Positions 1-13,286 of a stretch of 64,000 nt of DNA are shown here, one piece after another. The stretch is from Pseudovirgaria hyperparasitica (Eukaryota): assembly GCA_010093815.1 (NCBI GenBank), contig ML996569.1; one strand, given 5' to 3'. Position numbers and translations under genes: made by a program. Every line of letters starts with the position of its first letter. Positions within the stretch are counted from its first letter, which is position 1. Below the pieces are notes generated by a model. That model saw only the letters and a list, made by a program, of their open reading frames with translations, searched no databases and was not told the origin of the DNA.

Positions 1-698
1 GAAGCCCGTCGCAGGCGGCCTACCAACAGTCGGCTCCACCATAGACATAGCAACTTTTGGAGGAGAAGTTGAAACCCACGAAGGCGTCAAGACTACACTT
101 GCGAAGCTTCTGGCCGAGAGCAAGGCAGGCATCGTCATCTTCACATACCCAAAGCAGAATACCCCAGGCTGTAAGTTTGAGCGCATCGCATCGCGTCGCA
201 TCGCGTCGCATCGCGTCGCATTCATCACATCGCACGCCAAGATTTTGAACTAACTGTGATGTCACCTTAGGCACCAGACAAGCGTGTTCCTTCCGCGACT
301 CTTACGACTCTCTCACAGCCACAGGCCTCTCAATCTACGGCCTCTCAACTGACGCGCCCAAGGGCAACAAGAGCTTCCGTGACAAGTTCAGCTTCCCGTA
401 CACGCTACTATGCGACCCGAAACAGGTCCTGATCAAGCCGTTGGGCTTCGGCAAGGCTGGAACTGCTCATCGCGGTGTCTTCGTCGTCACGCCGGCTGGC
501 AAGGTGCTAGCTAATGAGAAGGGTGGGCCAGAGCCTACTGTCGACGTCGTCAGGAAGATTGTCGCGAGCATGGGCGGAGCTGACGCGACTGCGCAGAAAG
601 AGGCCACGCAGGAGGAGAAAGAGACGGCAAAGAGTGCTGCTGAAGTCGCAGACACGGCCGCAACGTTGGATGGTACCCCGCAACCGACCAAAGCATGA
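1..698 (+). CDS. DOT5: Peroxiredoxin Q/BCP family thiol peroxidase (Dot5-like), 5'-truncated by the window edge
   Basis: Removing intron 171-270 (GTAAGT..CTAAC..TAG) gives ...IFTYPKQNTPGCTRQACSFRD...IYGLSTD...FPYTLLCDP...RGVFVV, the PxxxTxxC-x4-C motif of PrxQ. The intron splits the peroxidatic Cys codon (T|GC). Stop TGA at 696-698. Confidence 0.92.
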
Positions 699-1891
699 AC
701 ATGAACGTGGCCATGGGGCGATCTTTTGGTCTGGAGAAGCTTGGATTGCTTGGATTGAGAATAGGAATCCCCATGGCCCTATTCTTTCGGCTGTCCATGA
801 TGATGCCGCATTCAGCTAGTCTTGTATTCTTGCCCCGGTATTAGCTAGCTATATAGGTCCTATTAACTTGATATGAATTACGTATACTCTTTACATATAC
901 AATGCTGCAATTCCCTCCAGCATTGATTGTGTATGCCACAACACAGCTTTTGTCACGAGTTTCATTCAGATTGAACCATGCACTTTCCAAGTCAACGATG
1001 GTCTTTACTGCTTGCTCGTGAATCGTTCATGTGCTAGTAGTTGTTGGGCTATGCTAGTAAAGTAGTAGAGAGGTATGTGAAGGGGTTTGATGCTCCTGCG
1101 TTTGATGCTAGTATATATATATGTGAAGTAAGTACGTAAGATGAATGCTGGGACAGTCACATGCAGTCCTTTCGTAGAATTGGTTGCGTGTACAAGGGGA
1201 GAGAAAGCTGGACGAGTAGATATGCGGGATGTGAGTAAGTATGAATTATGTCACAGCACGCGTGAGATGAGATGAGGTGCAGAGAGGGTCGTAAGCAGGT
1301 TTATATTAGGGAAACTGTGGATAGGTTTGGTGTGATAGATCTATTCATGGTTCTTCAGGGGTATCTACTAATGATCTAAGGATGGAGTAGTGGCAATGAA
1401 TCATCCCATCAGCGCAGACCATTTAAAAATTCTCATCTTACATTTTGACTCTAGATTACAAGATGTTACATGCTTAGACTTTGTGGACTGGCGATTAGAA
1501 TGTCACATGGACGGCTGATGGATGGAGTAGAATCTAGTTTGTGACTACGTCGGCCGTTGAGATCTGGAGGTTTTGTCAAAAGTTCGTATGGCTGGTACGG
1601 ATGGCTAGTGGTCGTCCACTCATGCCATGTATTCACGAGAGTGAATGAAGATGTAAGAGAGTTATGCCTGGAGAAGTCTTCCACTGTCATTCATCGGAAA
1701 TTACGAAAAAGTAAAGGGATCATGAGAAAGACAACTGATGGTTTACATGCTTATGCACCAATATTATTCTTTAACGAGACCATCGCTGGCATTCACGCAA
1801 GCACAAAGAGCCTGGGGTATGACAAAGCATGGTGCGCCTTGTGAAGAACAGCGAAGCACAGAACATTCACCCTGACAGCGTCTTTCAATGA

Positions 1892-2836
1892 ATGAAGCGT
1901 CATGACTATTATATCACTCTCCCAGGAGCAATACATACGCATACGACAAGCCATATATCCCAAATGCCTTCTCATCAAAGAAACCAACCGCAAAAATGTC
2001 ACATTCTCAAAACACCAACCCATCACCATCATCACTCGAACGACCCTCATTTGCGTACGTCAACACCGAAATCTCAGAGGGCCCACACACCTTCCAACAC
2101 TCCCCCGAGCATCACTAACAAAACGCACAGAACCCTCACAGGCACAATAACCACCATCCGCATCGGACCCAACCGCACAAAGTACACCGTCCACGAAGAC
2201 CTCCTATGCCAATACAGCACCTACTTTCGCGCCCGTCTGCGCGGCAACTTCGCCGAGTCCGGCACTCGAGCTGTCCAGCTCGAACACATCACACCAGAAG
2301 TCTTCGAGGCCTTCCTCGACTTCCTGTACTATGGCCGCCTCCCTACTCCCCCTGAGATCTGGTTCACCGAGACCGATGTCGTGTCCACTCAACCCTTCGA
2401 CCGCCTCTCCATAGCCTCAAAGGATACTAGCGATGTAGCAGACCCACAAGTCTCTCTCTTCGAAATCCTCCTCATCGACCTGTACGCTTTCGCCGACTAC
2501 TACGACATCCCCGCCCTGCGCATGGCTCTCATCAAATCCATCCATACGAGCGCGTCGGCCTCGTCCTGGATTCCGTGGTTTTCGACAGTGAGGCATGCGT
2601 ATGATATCTTGCCGTCGAATAGTCCGTTGTGTAGGCTGCTTGTGGAGATGTATGCGATGAAGTATGTGCTTGAGGGCGATGATGAGGGCGAGAGGATGGC
2701 GGCAGTGGGTGTGCCGGTGGAGTTTTGGGTAGCGGTTGTGAGAAGGCTGGTTGGGGAGAGGGGGAGGGGGAAGGAGGAGAAGGAGGATGGGGAGGGGGCC
2801 TGGATGAGGGGTGTGGAGGAGTTTGATGAGTTGTGA
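1892..2836 (+). CDS. BTB/POZ-domain protein (Cul3 adaptor-like)
   Basis: Motifs TIRIG..KYTVHEDLLCQYSTYFRARLRGNFAES, FEAFLDFLYYG and LYAFADYYDIPAL. The true start may be a downstream ATG. Confidence 0.88.
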   Translation: MKRHDYYITLPGAIHTHTTSHISQMPSHQRNQPQKCHILKTPTHHHHHSNDPHLRTSTPKSQRAHTPSNTPPSITNKTHRTLTGTITTIRIGPNRTKYTVHEDLLCQYSTYFRARLRGNFAESGTRAVQLEHITPEVFEAFLDFLYYGRLPTPPEIWFTETDVVSTQPFDRLSIASKDTSDVADPQVSLFEILLIDLYAFADYYDIPALRMALIKSIHTSASASSWIPWFSTVRHAYDILPSNSPLCRLLVEMYAMKYVLEGDDEGERMAAVGVPVEFWVAVVRRLVGERGRGKEEKEDGEGAWMRGVEEFDEL

Positions 2837-3159
2837 CAGTTGGACATGGTACTTATCAATATTTGGGGTATCTTCTTCAAATGTTCAAAGCTAAGATGAA
2901 AGTGAGGCTCAGGTTTAAACAGTGTATTCTTGGTGCTTTCATGATCGTATCAGGGGTAAAGAGTATTTCCGTGTTCCACCTCGTGACTAACCCATCCTAT
3001 CGTCATCCATTGTATACCCACGCAAATGCCAACGCGCCAACTCAGCTCTCACATCCCTCACCATCCCACCCTGAGTCCTTCTACGATGACAGATCTCCAA
3101 TCCAGAAAGGGATGATTACACTTCCAGCATCTGAGTCAGTATCCCAAGCGTCGGCGCAA

Positions 3160-3790
3160 TAAAGTAGATCTAACCTTATTACTAGTCTCCGTGAGGATAC
3201 ATTTCGTGATGTCTAGTGGAATCTTCCTGACGACCTTGACATCGCTTTGAAAACCATCTCCATGCATAAGAATATCTTCCTACGATCCTCAGACTACATT
3301 GGAGCTGGGCTGAGCGGGGAGGTTGGTCCAATTTAGACACAAACGCTGTACTTGAGCCGTGACAGACTTCGACTCATACCACCGTGAAGTATTTCGACGA
3401 TCGAATCTACTACTCCCACCTTCTCTTCCTCGTTATACTCATACCATGGCCACCGCACTCCATCTCTTCCTAGGTCGATACATCTTCCAAGAGCTCTCCA
3501 AGGCTCTTGCCACTTCTGTTTAGCACTTTGAATCGTTGAGGACTATGCCTCGCGCTTCGAACGAGTATGCTACCAAAGTATCATTCATTTCTTTGCTCGA
3601 CTACTTTGGACGATTTTATCAGCCGAGTTTGGATAAATGTGTATTCGGGAGGCTGTGGCAGGGATAGAGATCATGAGGAGGAACTTGTGATGAGTCTCGG
3701 TGTGTGGTCCATGGAGGTCGGGCGTGGAGTCGCGCTACTGAAGTCGAAGTTCAGTGGCGTGGAAAGGAAAGACTGACCATTACTTGCCTG
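3160..3790 (-). pseudogene. Possible relic of an F-box-like gene
   Basis: The minus strand near 3735-3780 reads SFLS then, after a frameshift, TELRLQ*, resembling the SFLxLPxELRxxI N-terminus of fungal F-box-like proteins. No long frame follows. Boundaries are approximate. Confidence 0.25.
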
Positions 3791-4677
3791 AATACCAGAA
3801 AGAGGAGACACCTGTAGCTCAACTCGTAAGATGGCACACATTGGCGCACTATAGGTGACCCGAAACACGAAAATGGTAAGGACCCGATTTTGCGTCCATT
3901 ACATGGTCTGTGAAGTATCTAACTTCTTAACAAAGAGTGATCCAACGTCCGGTCTCGTTGTTGAGATCTTCATTACAGAATATATCATGTTCACTCAACT
4001 AGTTGAGATAAAACCACGTCACAACAGTAAACATAGCTGCGATGACATCCCCTCGCTCTACTTTGCAGAGAAATCTTGCTAGAACATAGACTATGTCCAT
4101 AAAAATCTTTCCGTGTCTTGCGATAGCTATTTGATCTCTTCCTAGAGGGTCTAAGTTGGTAGGATGTCATTCTATCTTCCATGATCTCCTTTGATTCATA
4201 ACTACAAACTTGTTCAGCACTATAAAACAGAATATACTGAGCACCTTCAAAGTCCTCACATACCCTTATCTGTAGTCACAATCTGCTGCGTATAATGCCA
4301 GAATGAGAGTATAAGCACGGAACTAGATATCATTGATTCAGATAAAGAGGGGTATGAAGCGATCGTGTTTTTCCCAAGGGGTTTTTTGCCTGCCTTTCAT
4401 GCTATGCCAATTTTTTGATCCCATAGACGCCCGTTAGACCATAAGCTCATAAGCGCAGAATAACAATGTGAGATGGGTTTATCTTGTAAACTAGTCTTCT
4501 CTCTCTGTCTCTTTCTTTCATAGTAACACGCTACGACTACCTCTCCAGGTACTATTGAATGATATATCTGCCTTGAGTTTCTCCTGCTAATTACACAGAC
4601 TCGTATTTACTCGGAATTTCCTCTTCGCAGCCACATCTACATCCACCATAAGCCGCGTCTGCGCATCGAATCGTACA

Positions 4678-5110
4678 ATGACGACCCGTTCCTCCAGTCC
4701 GTCCAGAGAAAAAGACACGCACTGCTTATCCAAGTGAGTATCTCAAGTTCATATGTACCGCAACAGAACCTGACATGTCGTTTTAGATCGATTGAAGCAG
4801 AGACAGTTCCTCCCATTAGCTACACATTCCAAATCAGATCGAGAAAGATCATATCGAGCCGACAAGTTCTTCCCCACGCAACGTATAAACTGTATTATGT
4901 CTATAAGAGTCTCAGTGATTTCTTCGAAAGGGCACCCTCTAAAGAGAGACAAATTGGACTATCCTGGCGATAGCGCTGCGATTTATCGACCATGAGAGGG
5001 ATTTTCGGGGATTTGGAATGAATTTCATATCTTAAGAGCGTGCAAATAGCCCTCTATAGAGCTCCTGCTTTATTGGTGGAATACGTATTTTAGGATGAAC
5101 CCTATGTAGC
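4678..5110 (+). pseudogene. Probable degraded BTB/POZ paralog
   Basis: ATG at 4678 and a phase-2 intron 4734-4786 (GTGAGT..CTGAC..TAG) just before SIE, matching the phase-2 intron before AID in the 6430 BTB gene. VYKSLSDFFERA resembles the BTB S-x-[YF]-F-x-x-A motif. Premature stop at 4971-4973; 3' end approximate. Confidence 0.35.
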
Positions 5111-5218
5111 GGGACAAGCCACATTATTGAAGGATTTTGAAGTCGAAGATCGCTCTCTGTTGCCCACAGAGTTTCAATTTGAGCCTAATGGCATGTATCT
5201 AGGTGGCTTATACCCCAC

Positions 5219-5266
5219 TCGTACATAGTCTTATTCGTACATAGTCTTATTCGTACATAGTCTTAT
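5219..5266. repeat. 16-bp tandem repeat (TCGTACATAGTCTTAT)x3
   Basis: Three exact copies read directly. Confidence 0.95.
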
Positions 5267-6429
5267 TGAAAGTGAGCCAGGGATCGAAGTTGGATTTGCA
5301 TATACATTGTGGATTGATTCAAGATTTCTTGACAGACAGAGAAAGAGGCAGTATGCGGAAATTCTTAGGGGTGCCCTGGATAGGCTATAAGAGGAGACTG
5401 CAGTCTTTAGATTATGGATGTTGTACTCCTCTAGGATACCTCGAAGTCAGAATACATGTGTCCCCTCTAGGTAGGGATAGTGAACGGGCGTTAGGGCTTT
5501 ACAATTCTCTCGTTCTTCTTCAACGCAACCTTTGTACTCTGTCTAGGGATACATTAGCCATCGGGGTATCTATGAGTTCGTGGAATCATGAATTAAATCA
5601 CTGGCGAACTGTTCTAAGAGGCCGTGATAGATCGTGCGTGAGCTACAAAATGTTTAAATGCTCTCAAGCTGATCCAAGAGAGTCCTGTCAACTCATATCA
5701 ACATTTTAAAAGTATCTTGATCCTCTATTGTCCGCCCATTCAGGTATAAAGATAGATTCTTCTACCCCTGAGTCTGAATTTCAACCATCCCTGTCTGTTA
5801 AAACGAACAACAGTACTGATGACTGATGACTGTCCATGGGTCTACGGTTGGAGTTTACCACCTTAAATCTAGCTGAACAAAGTATCCCCAGTGCCGTCAT
5901 AATAATGGAAAGCTTGGTTGATATATGTAGTGGATCTTTGCCAGTGTCTATCGCCCATTCCATCCGGGAAAATAGGGGTTGCCGGGACTGCCAATGCCAC
6001 CTTAGCTCAAGGTATATTGTTATTTCTGACCTTAATGTAGTACAAGTTGTAGTAATATGTGCAAATGAATAAAGCTATGGCGCATAAGGTGTTGAGCGCT
6101 TGTAGAGAAACCCTGCACATTTTATCAGGCACAGTGTTGTACCACGTTTTTCCTTGCCAAGCTAACAAGCAAATATTTCAATCTAATTCACTCCTTACTC
6201 CGCAAGTGAGCTTATAGTTTGTGAGCCTGACTGGCTTGCTTGTCATAAATACTGTCTTACCTGGACCAACCCTACGATCCTCTTCACCCTCCTCAAAAAA
6301 CTCTTCCGACTGCCAAGGTGAGCTTCAAGAACATAGTCTATTCACAGGCTGTGTGGTGTTCGAATGACACTCAGAGGTATCAAAACTGACATATGTCTTC
6401 CCAGTCTCCGAAACTTTCACTCTATCGGA

Positions 6430-7146
6430 ATGGCGCAGCCTACTGGGTACATGCAACCGGGCCGTAACATACGCAAGAGGAAGGCAGATGTACTCGACGA
6501 GGATGACAAAAACTTCTGCGAGTAAGCGTTACACTTCTAACCTCGATGATTTAGCTCATAATCTCTTAGTGCAATCGATGGAAGCATAGTTGTCCTGGAA
6601 ATCTCCTACGAAGGCAGGAACAGTACCCTGAACGTCCATGAAGAGGTCCTACTCCAATCGTCCAACTATTTCGGAGCTGCTTTACGTGAAGCCAATCAAG
6701 AAAACACTACACTGAAGCTACAGGTGACCGAATTCGACCATGAGACTGTCAAGGCCTTTGTTGGATGGTTGTACTTCGCAAGCCTCCCAAATCAGGACGT
6801 GGGTCCCTGGAACCTGTATCTGCTGGCTGACAAGTATCGAGTCGGTCCCCTTTCTAAGGCGATTCTCGAATCAGTCCATGCAGACTTCTCACCAACTTCC
6901 CCAGCCCCATTGCCATGCTATTCGGAGATCGCCACCATGTTCGAACGCCTACCAGCGCAGGACCCAATGCTGACCCTTCTTGTTGATGGACACGTTTGTG
7001 TGTTCGCAAGTCCGCTGGACTGTGATCCTGACGTAGAGAACGACCGTCGGATGGTCCCGGTGGACTTCTGGATCAGAATGGCGATCCAATTCGCTGACAC
7101 CAGCTTAGGAATGTTCCTGCCACCTCTGCAAAAGTATATCACCTAG
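6430..7146 (+). CDS. BTB/POZ-domain protein, 2 exons
   Basis: ATG at 6430 and intron 6522-6569 join in frame to the 6724 ORF: LNVHEEVLLQSSNYFGAALR..KAFVGWLY..LYLLADKY..VPVDFW. N-terminal basic stretch RKRK is NLS-like. Confidence 0.85.
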
Positions 7147-8996
7147 TACGACTAATTACATTATTCGACTTGGTACTTGCAACAACAAAGGCAAACTGAA
7201 GCTGACAGGACTCAATCCTTGGAAGACTTGTCATTCATGTCGCTGTGGGGTTCATAACAGATACACGTGGTGTTAACTAGTCACTACGTTGCACACAGAA
7301 AAGATAATGCATAAAATCTTGCATTGATATGATGGCCCTCTGGTGATTTCACGTTGTACCGGTGAAGTGTACTGAGTCGAAGTGATGCCTTGACATGTCC
7401 AAACAGGCCTCACATATTGATGAACTGAATCCAATCCCATGAGTCTTGACCTGCCAGATTGCTTGTACGCATATGGAAAGTCCTTGTATTCAATATCCAC
7501 AATTACCAGTATAATCGTCCGCTCGTAGAGATTGAGAACAACCAGCTTTCTAGTGGTATGACAGAAGCATTATAGACGGAAGTGACGATGACGCTGTCTT
7601 GCAAAAGACGGCACGTAAAACTATTTCGAGGGTGAGTGTCCATGGAGATACGGTACGGGAGAGGAAGTTTTATCGCTACACGGCAAGCAGTTTGTTTGCA
7701 CCGTTTATGTGTCGAGAGAAGAAGATGCTCCCTACGGTTGATCTATGTACATAGGTATTAGTACATTCAGGATATATACCATCTATAGGGAAGGACGGTC
7801 TTACAGAAATCTTTACACTCGTAGCAGAGTGGGTGTAATACTTGATTTATCGATAAAATAGGTGCTCAGAAGCAAAAGGCAGAACACAAGCACCTATTGA
7901 GCACTGTCCACTTTGGTTTCTCAATTTGTTCATGGGCCCCAGGTTTTCATCACAGACTTGTACAACACTGCTATAGATGTCACCGATTCTAACCTCATAG
8001 TGCATCACGTTGTATGGGCATGTCTCTGCCACGAAGTACTCAATCACCCCTATTCTCAGTGAAACTCTGATCGTAACAGTCCAGACTATAACATAGTAGA
8101 TGTACCAACAGCAGAAAGCCGTATGCAGTAGTATGAACCAAGAGTATCTTATTCTATCTGCCATGTGGAAAGCCGAAGAACAACTTGAGCTGACAAGATC
8201 CATGAGAACCGAGGGAGAGCCGATGATTCCTCGGGTAGTGTCTTGTTTGGTGCTTCGCATGTGTCTTCTTCCTTATTTTCGCCATGTAATGCCATTATCT
8301 TTCAGCTCATTCAAGAGATTGTTATTGCCAATATAGGAGAGAGTGACTTCGGCTTAGCTGATGCTGGCTTGGCATCAGTGATGGCACACGGGGTGAGGAC
8401 ATCTTCACGATCCTTGGGCACGACTAAGCAGGAGCCGTTGTCCGAGAATTGTAAGACTGTGAGTGTGAGACTGAGCGTGAAGGAGGAGGAGGAGGAGGAG
8501 GACGAGGACGAGGAGGCGCAGATCAGGCGAGCTCGTGAGGATGCGGAGATGCATCATGCAAGTTTATTCATCGGCGATAGCGGAGGCACTGTTTGCGGAT
8601 AGAACAGCTTTGAAAGCGTAGAGTGTTACCATGAATGACGCAAGTTACTCCGTTGCATTAGCTTGTAACAATGACAGAGTAGAGTGAGAACACGTCCAAG
8701 GAGGAACCATATTCCCCCCCCAAATGCTTTAGATTGCATACCTCCTCGAAGCCATATAAAGGACTGAAGTGCTTCACAGTAAAGCATAATACCTGAGTTC
8801 CATGATGCTATGCATGCATTGTAGTCAGTCTAGTATCGAGAGTGCACGTCGTGGAGTTCATTGTTGGGTGGGAACAAAGTTACGGTGACGACAATCCTGT
8901 CGTCATCAAAGCGCGGTAGTCTTATTTTATTCAGTCATTAGAGAAGCCCAGTGACTTTAGGGGCCACTCTTGAGCAAGGAGACGGTGAATTTGCAA

Positions 8997-9120
8997 TATA
9001 TAAATGATCTAAATTCAATAGACTTCGCCTTCGGGCAATTGGGAACTCAGAAACACTACAATATTTTTTTTGCGAAACTTATAACGGCATGAGTTCGACC
9101 CTTCCTGGTAGTCTTCTTTT
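8997..9120 (+). ncRNA. Candidate Pol III-type short unit resembling the 5' part of U6 snRNA (variant or pseudogene)
   Basis: TATATAAA at 8997-9004; GCC-TTCG-GGC hairpin starting 9027 (TATA at -30), then AATTGG..GAAAC..TACA; T8 run at 9064-9071; B-box-like GAGTTCGACCC at 9091-9101. No ACAGAGA box. Confidence 0.3.
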
Positions 9121-10220
9121 GCTGAACGTGTGTGTGCTTGCATATCTTCTTATGCTTCCAACACAGTGTGATGTCTTCTTTTTAGTAATGTACTTCTATG
9201 TATGTGTTACACTTGGTATCATTCAGCTTCTATATATTATTCATCGGAATTTAGGAAAGTGTTGAAGGTTTAAGGGGGATGATGTCGCTGAAGGCCAACT
9301 GTACAGAGGCTCTCGCCCACCCGTCTTCCTCAGTAACAGCACCACATCGCCATCTTGACGCTCACAGACTTTTGATTCTTCGATCCAACCAACACAGTGA
9401 TCCTCAAAGACTCTTATACTCCGCCCCATTGTCTTCTCAGGGCCTAGCATTACTACTACAATCACAAACCCTCAAGGCGCGACAAGACTGAACACTCCAC
9501 CATCAATCAAGCCACTATCTGCAAGACCGCAAGGTACAATCTCTTTTATACCCCGACTCTCACTGACTCAACACAAAAGCACACCAGCCATACATCCAAG
9601 TAAGCAGTCATACATCCCAAATTCCCTACTTCTCACCATGCTTCCATTCTTTTAGAAGGCAGACCAATATCCATGATCTTAGCTTATGATCTGCAAATTC
9701 CACACATGTCCATGAAATCCGAGGAATGGCACTTCAATACCTAGCAGGAAGACTCACGGTGGCGTACGCTCTCCTCTCCAATCCCACATCATTCCCCACG
9801 AAAGAGAACTTCACAAGTCAAGACGATGGCTGTAGTATCACAGAGTAGTTGCTACGATACACCACATGGGATTATCCCCCAGAGGAAACACAAACAGAAC
9901 CATTACTATTACAACATAACATGTGGATAAGCACACCGCAACACCCTCAAGCCTCCAAATTATAAGTTTCAAGAAGAACTAAAACATAACATGGAGACAT
10001 ATACATCCGCCGTGAACCTGTCGCAAAAGTCATGAAAAAGATACAGACAATGCCTAACAAGACAAAAAGCAATAGCGTATCAGACTAAGAATGCATCTTG
10101 TACTCCTGGAGAAGATATGAATGGAAGTGCCGAACATAAGTAACGAGATTGATAATTGAGAGCTATGGAGTACAATTTGGTAGGATGATGAATAAGGCGT
10201 AAGGGGTAGAGGTAAGGAAG

Positions 10221-10328
10221 AGGACAAGAGACAGGACAAGAGACAGGACAAGAGACAGGACAAGAGACAGGACAAGAGACAGGACAAGAGACAGGACAAG
10301 AGACAGGACAAAAGACAGGACAAGAGAC
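10221..10328. repeat. 12-bp tandem repeat (AGGACAAGAGAC)x9
   Basis: Nine near-perfect copies with one substitution; the source of the spurious (SCLL)n ORF. Confidence 0.95.
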
Positions 10329-13286
10329 AATATAACAGACAAGAAATCAAATCACCAACACTCTCCATGCGAGTATCCATACCACTGCATACAAAGATCG
10401 ATACAAGCATATGCATATAAACCAAACCATACCTGAACGCCAGACTGCCATGCTCAATTAGCTAAACCCAGCTCTTACCACAAGACAAAATGCACGTCTT
10501 GCATTTGTACCTCGAGTGACCCGAGTATCCTGAATACACTGCACGATCTAACTTGCAATCGCCGTCTCTAGATAATCTCTTAAGTGTCTTTTATATATTC
10601 ATTACTCTTTACTTCACTTGATGGCATGGTAGTCCCGAAGTACATATGTACTGGCACATCATTATAACTGACGGACACAGACACCTTTCGTACAGACCTT
10701 CTGATACCTCTACACCTCTTCTACTCTCTACTCTCTACATAGCTACATAGCTACATATCTCTACAGCCATAGTGACTGAGACCGATCCCAAACCTACCAC
10801 CTCGCAGCACAGCTCCAAAACACAGTAAGAAGCATGCTACACCACACCACACTAAGCACATCCATAAGGCAAGAAAACTCAAACTGTGCCCCTAGGTAAA
10901 CATGAATACAAATATGGCCATGCTTCAAAAAATGATAATATATGTATGCATGGTGGGTCGGTCGGTATGTTGTAAATCCGAATGTTACAGGGTATTTGTC
11001 GAGCTCTTAGGGCTGGAGGGGTGAATGGTGCCTGTTTACTGTGATATACTGCTTGGCAGACTCTGGGTCGTTATTGTATCTATTTAAGTGTATGCTGGTT
11101 CTTAGTCTGATGGTCAAGCGATTGATGAACCGAGTGGAGTTATCCACACGAGATGTGAAAGCTGCAATGATGCGCTCATGGCGATACAAGAAAGACTTTC
11201 GCTATTCAAGAGCTGGAGAAAGGAAGAGCTCTTGATACTCGACGAAGTTTCCTGTTCCTGGCATGGATTCATCGTATAGACATGCAGATAGACTAGGAGC
11301 CTAGACTCACCGACAGTAAGATTGCCCGCTAAGGCAAGAATCATGTCTACTATTTAAGTATGCAATTGTAGTATCCGAAATATATGCGATGGGCTACTGG
11401 ACGTGTCTTGCATATGCGTATGCAGAATTTGGCATTTGGGACATGGTGTGCATACTACATTTTAAGTTGGCCTCGTGGGGCTGCATCTTAATAGTGGTAG
11501 CGGGTGGTGGGCGTTGGAGCGTTGGGGTGGTACTGCACGTCGCCATGATAACTACCTAAGCGATTGAGGAGGCGCGTTGTCTTCATCTGAAAGACGCAGC
11601 CAGTGTCAATTTAATGCTTGTGTTTAATAACAGCAGGACGTGAATCTCCTCTGAAGCACTAAAGAACGAAATAAAGTCTGACCAGCAGCACAGCCCGGCT
11701 ACGAAGGTTTAGTGCGATCGGTGTCTCGCAGCAGACCAAGACACAATTCTCTCGATCTCAGGAATTAGCGGCGATGCGAGCTCGCGTGTCGTTGGCATGA
11801 TGGTAGATGAAGAATTTGAAGCGAATAGCTCTTTTTGGGATGCCATTTCGGAGGGTTTCGTGATGGTCACTGCGGTGTTGAAGCAAGCAGAATTAATTAG
11901 CTCGTGGGTCCGGCAAGCGAAACGAGAGCACCCGCAGCCTGCACACCTTGACAGCAACACTAATTATTCCATTACGAGGAATGGTGATGGGGATAGCCAT
12001 GTACAATGTATGTAGTGTAATGGAGCACATAGCAGGGAACAAGGTGTGTCGAATGAAGCGGGATGGGCTGTATGGCTCGCAGGTGTCAGCAAGACTCGGA
12101 TTGCAGAGATGAGTATGGCAGGGATGGATGTCTTTTCCGAACGACAATTGATTGCAGACAGGGAGGAGAGATTGCGGAGGGGCGTGCGCGGTGTTTTGGT
12201 AGCTGGGTAGGTCGTCAGCAAAGGTAATAAGCGGGTGAGAGTTGGATAGGGCCGAGGCCTTCCTAGTGGGTGATGGAGAATATAGTTTCCGGAGAGCACG
12301 AGAGACAGTTGAGGAGAAAGCAAGAAGAAGGTCATAAGATAGTGCTATGCTGTGTATAGCTGGTGGTGACAGTGACTGAGTGACATGTCTCCCAAGAATA
12401 GCATACAGTGGTATTACTAAGTATTGGGAACAGGCGGATCACAATCTGGCGTGCAGCGGTCCACGATAAGACCTGCTGTGGCGGCCATGCTGGTACAGGT
12501 CCCCTGATTGGCTGTAGTAGCTCATGGCGCAGTCTTGTTCCTGACGCTTGACCATAAAGGGACTAGTCAGGCACAACTCCCTCTCCCCAGAAGGAGAGCT
12601 GGAGAGACGCAGAGCCCTGACGGGACCCTTGGCCGGCAACGCTCTCCACGTGACTTGATGACTTGTGAAAACAACACACAAGTCTATAACTATGAGATAT
12701 GCAGAAACCAAAACGAGATATACATGTCCAAGGACGCAAGACAGATAAGCTCATATTATTACATGTGTGCATCATGTCCGGGAGCGTGCCTAATGCAGCT
12801 GGACGCAGCATGGACATACGCAGCCAAGGCCAAGGGGTTAATCTCGAAATGTGCGACAATGGATGCATGTCGGCCCTGTCCAGCCAGCCAATCATATCAA
12901 GTCCGAGCTTCTTCTCCCTGTCAGCCTACCATTCTGCTCTTCTGCCTTTTCCTCGCCCTGCTCGCCTCCGTCCTCTGGCTTCAACTATTCCCCTCTGCTG
13001 GACGAGACCTTGTCAACCCATCCTCTCCTCTCCACCCACCTCTTCGCTCCTTTGCTTCTACAATACTAACCACAGTCATTCATTTCCATCCTGTCACTCT
13101 TGCCAAACCCGCGTGTCGCCGTTGTCTTACGCCGCCAACCGGTCACACGCCTTTCATTCATTTGGTGCTCGCCCTGACGTATTCTTCACTTCACGACTTC
13201 ATCTCGTTCGAATCATCGTTATAACACCGAAGCCTCATCAGCTATCCGCTCTGTGAGCGGGTCGGCACTCCCAATCTTGACGAGCG

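Noticed and set aside
5219..5266. Direct repeats as a possible CRISPR array (also the arrays at 10221 and 17211)
   Set aside because: Head-to-tail repeats with no spacers, eukaryotic context and no cas genes.
9021..9113. Intact tRNA gene suggested by GTTCGA
   Set aside because: T-stem and acceptor stem pair poorly and an internal T8 run would terminate Pol III; kept only as a U6-like or B-box candidate.
10054..10425. 123-aa ORF with (SCLL)n
   Set aside because: Product of the 12-bp tandem repeat; no other coding evidence.
12508..13256. 238-aa and 185-aa ORFs upstream of the Skg6-like gene
   Set aside because: No recognisable motif; they run through pyrimidine-rich promoter/5' UTR sequence.
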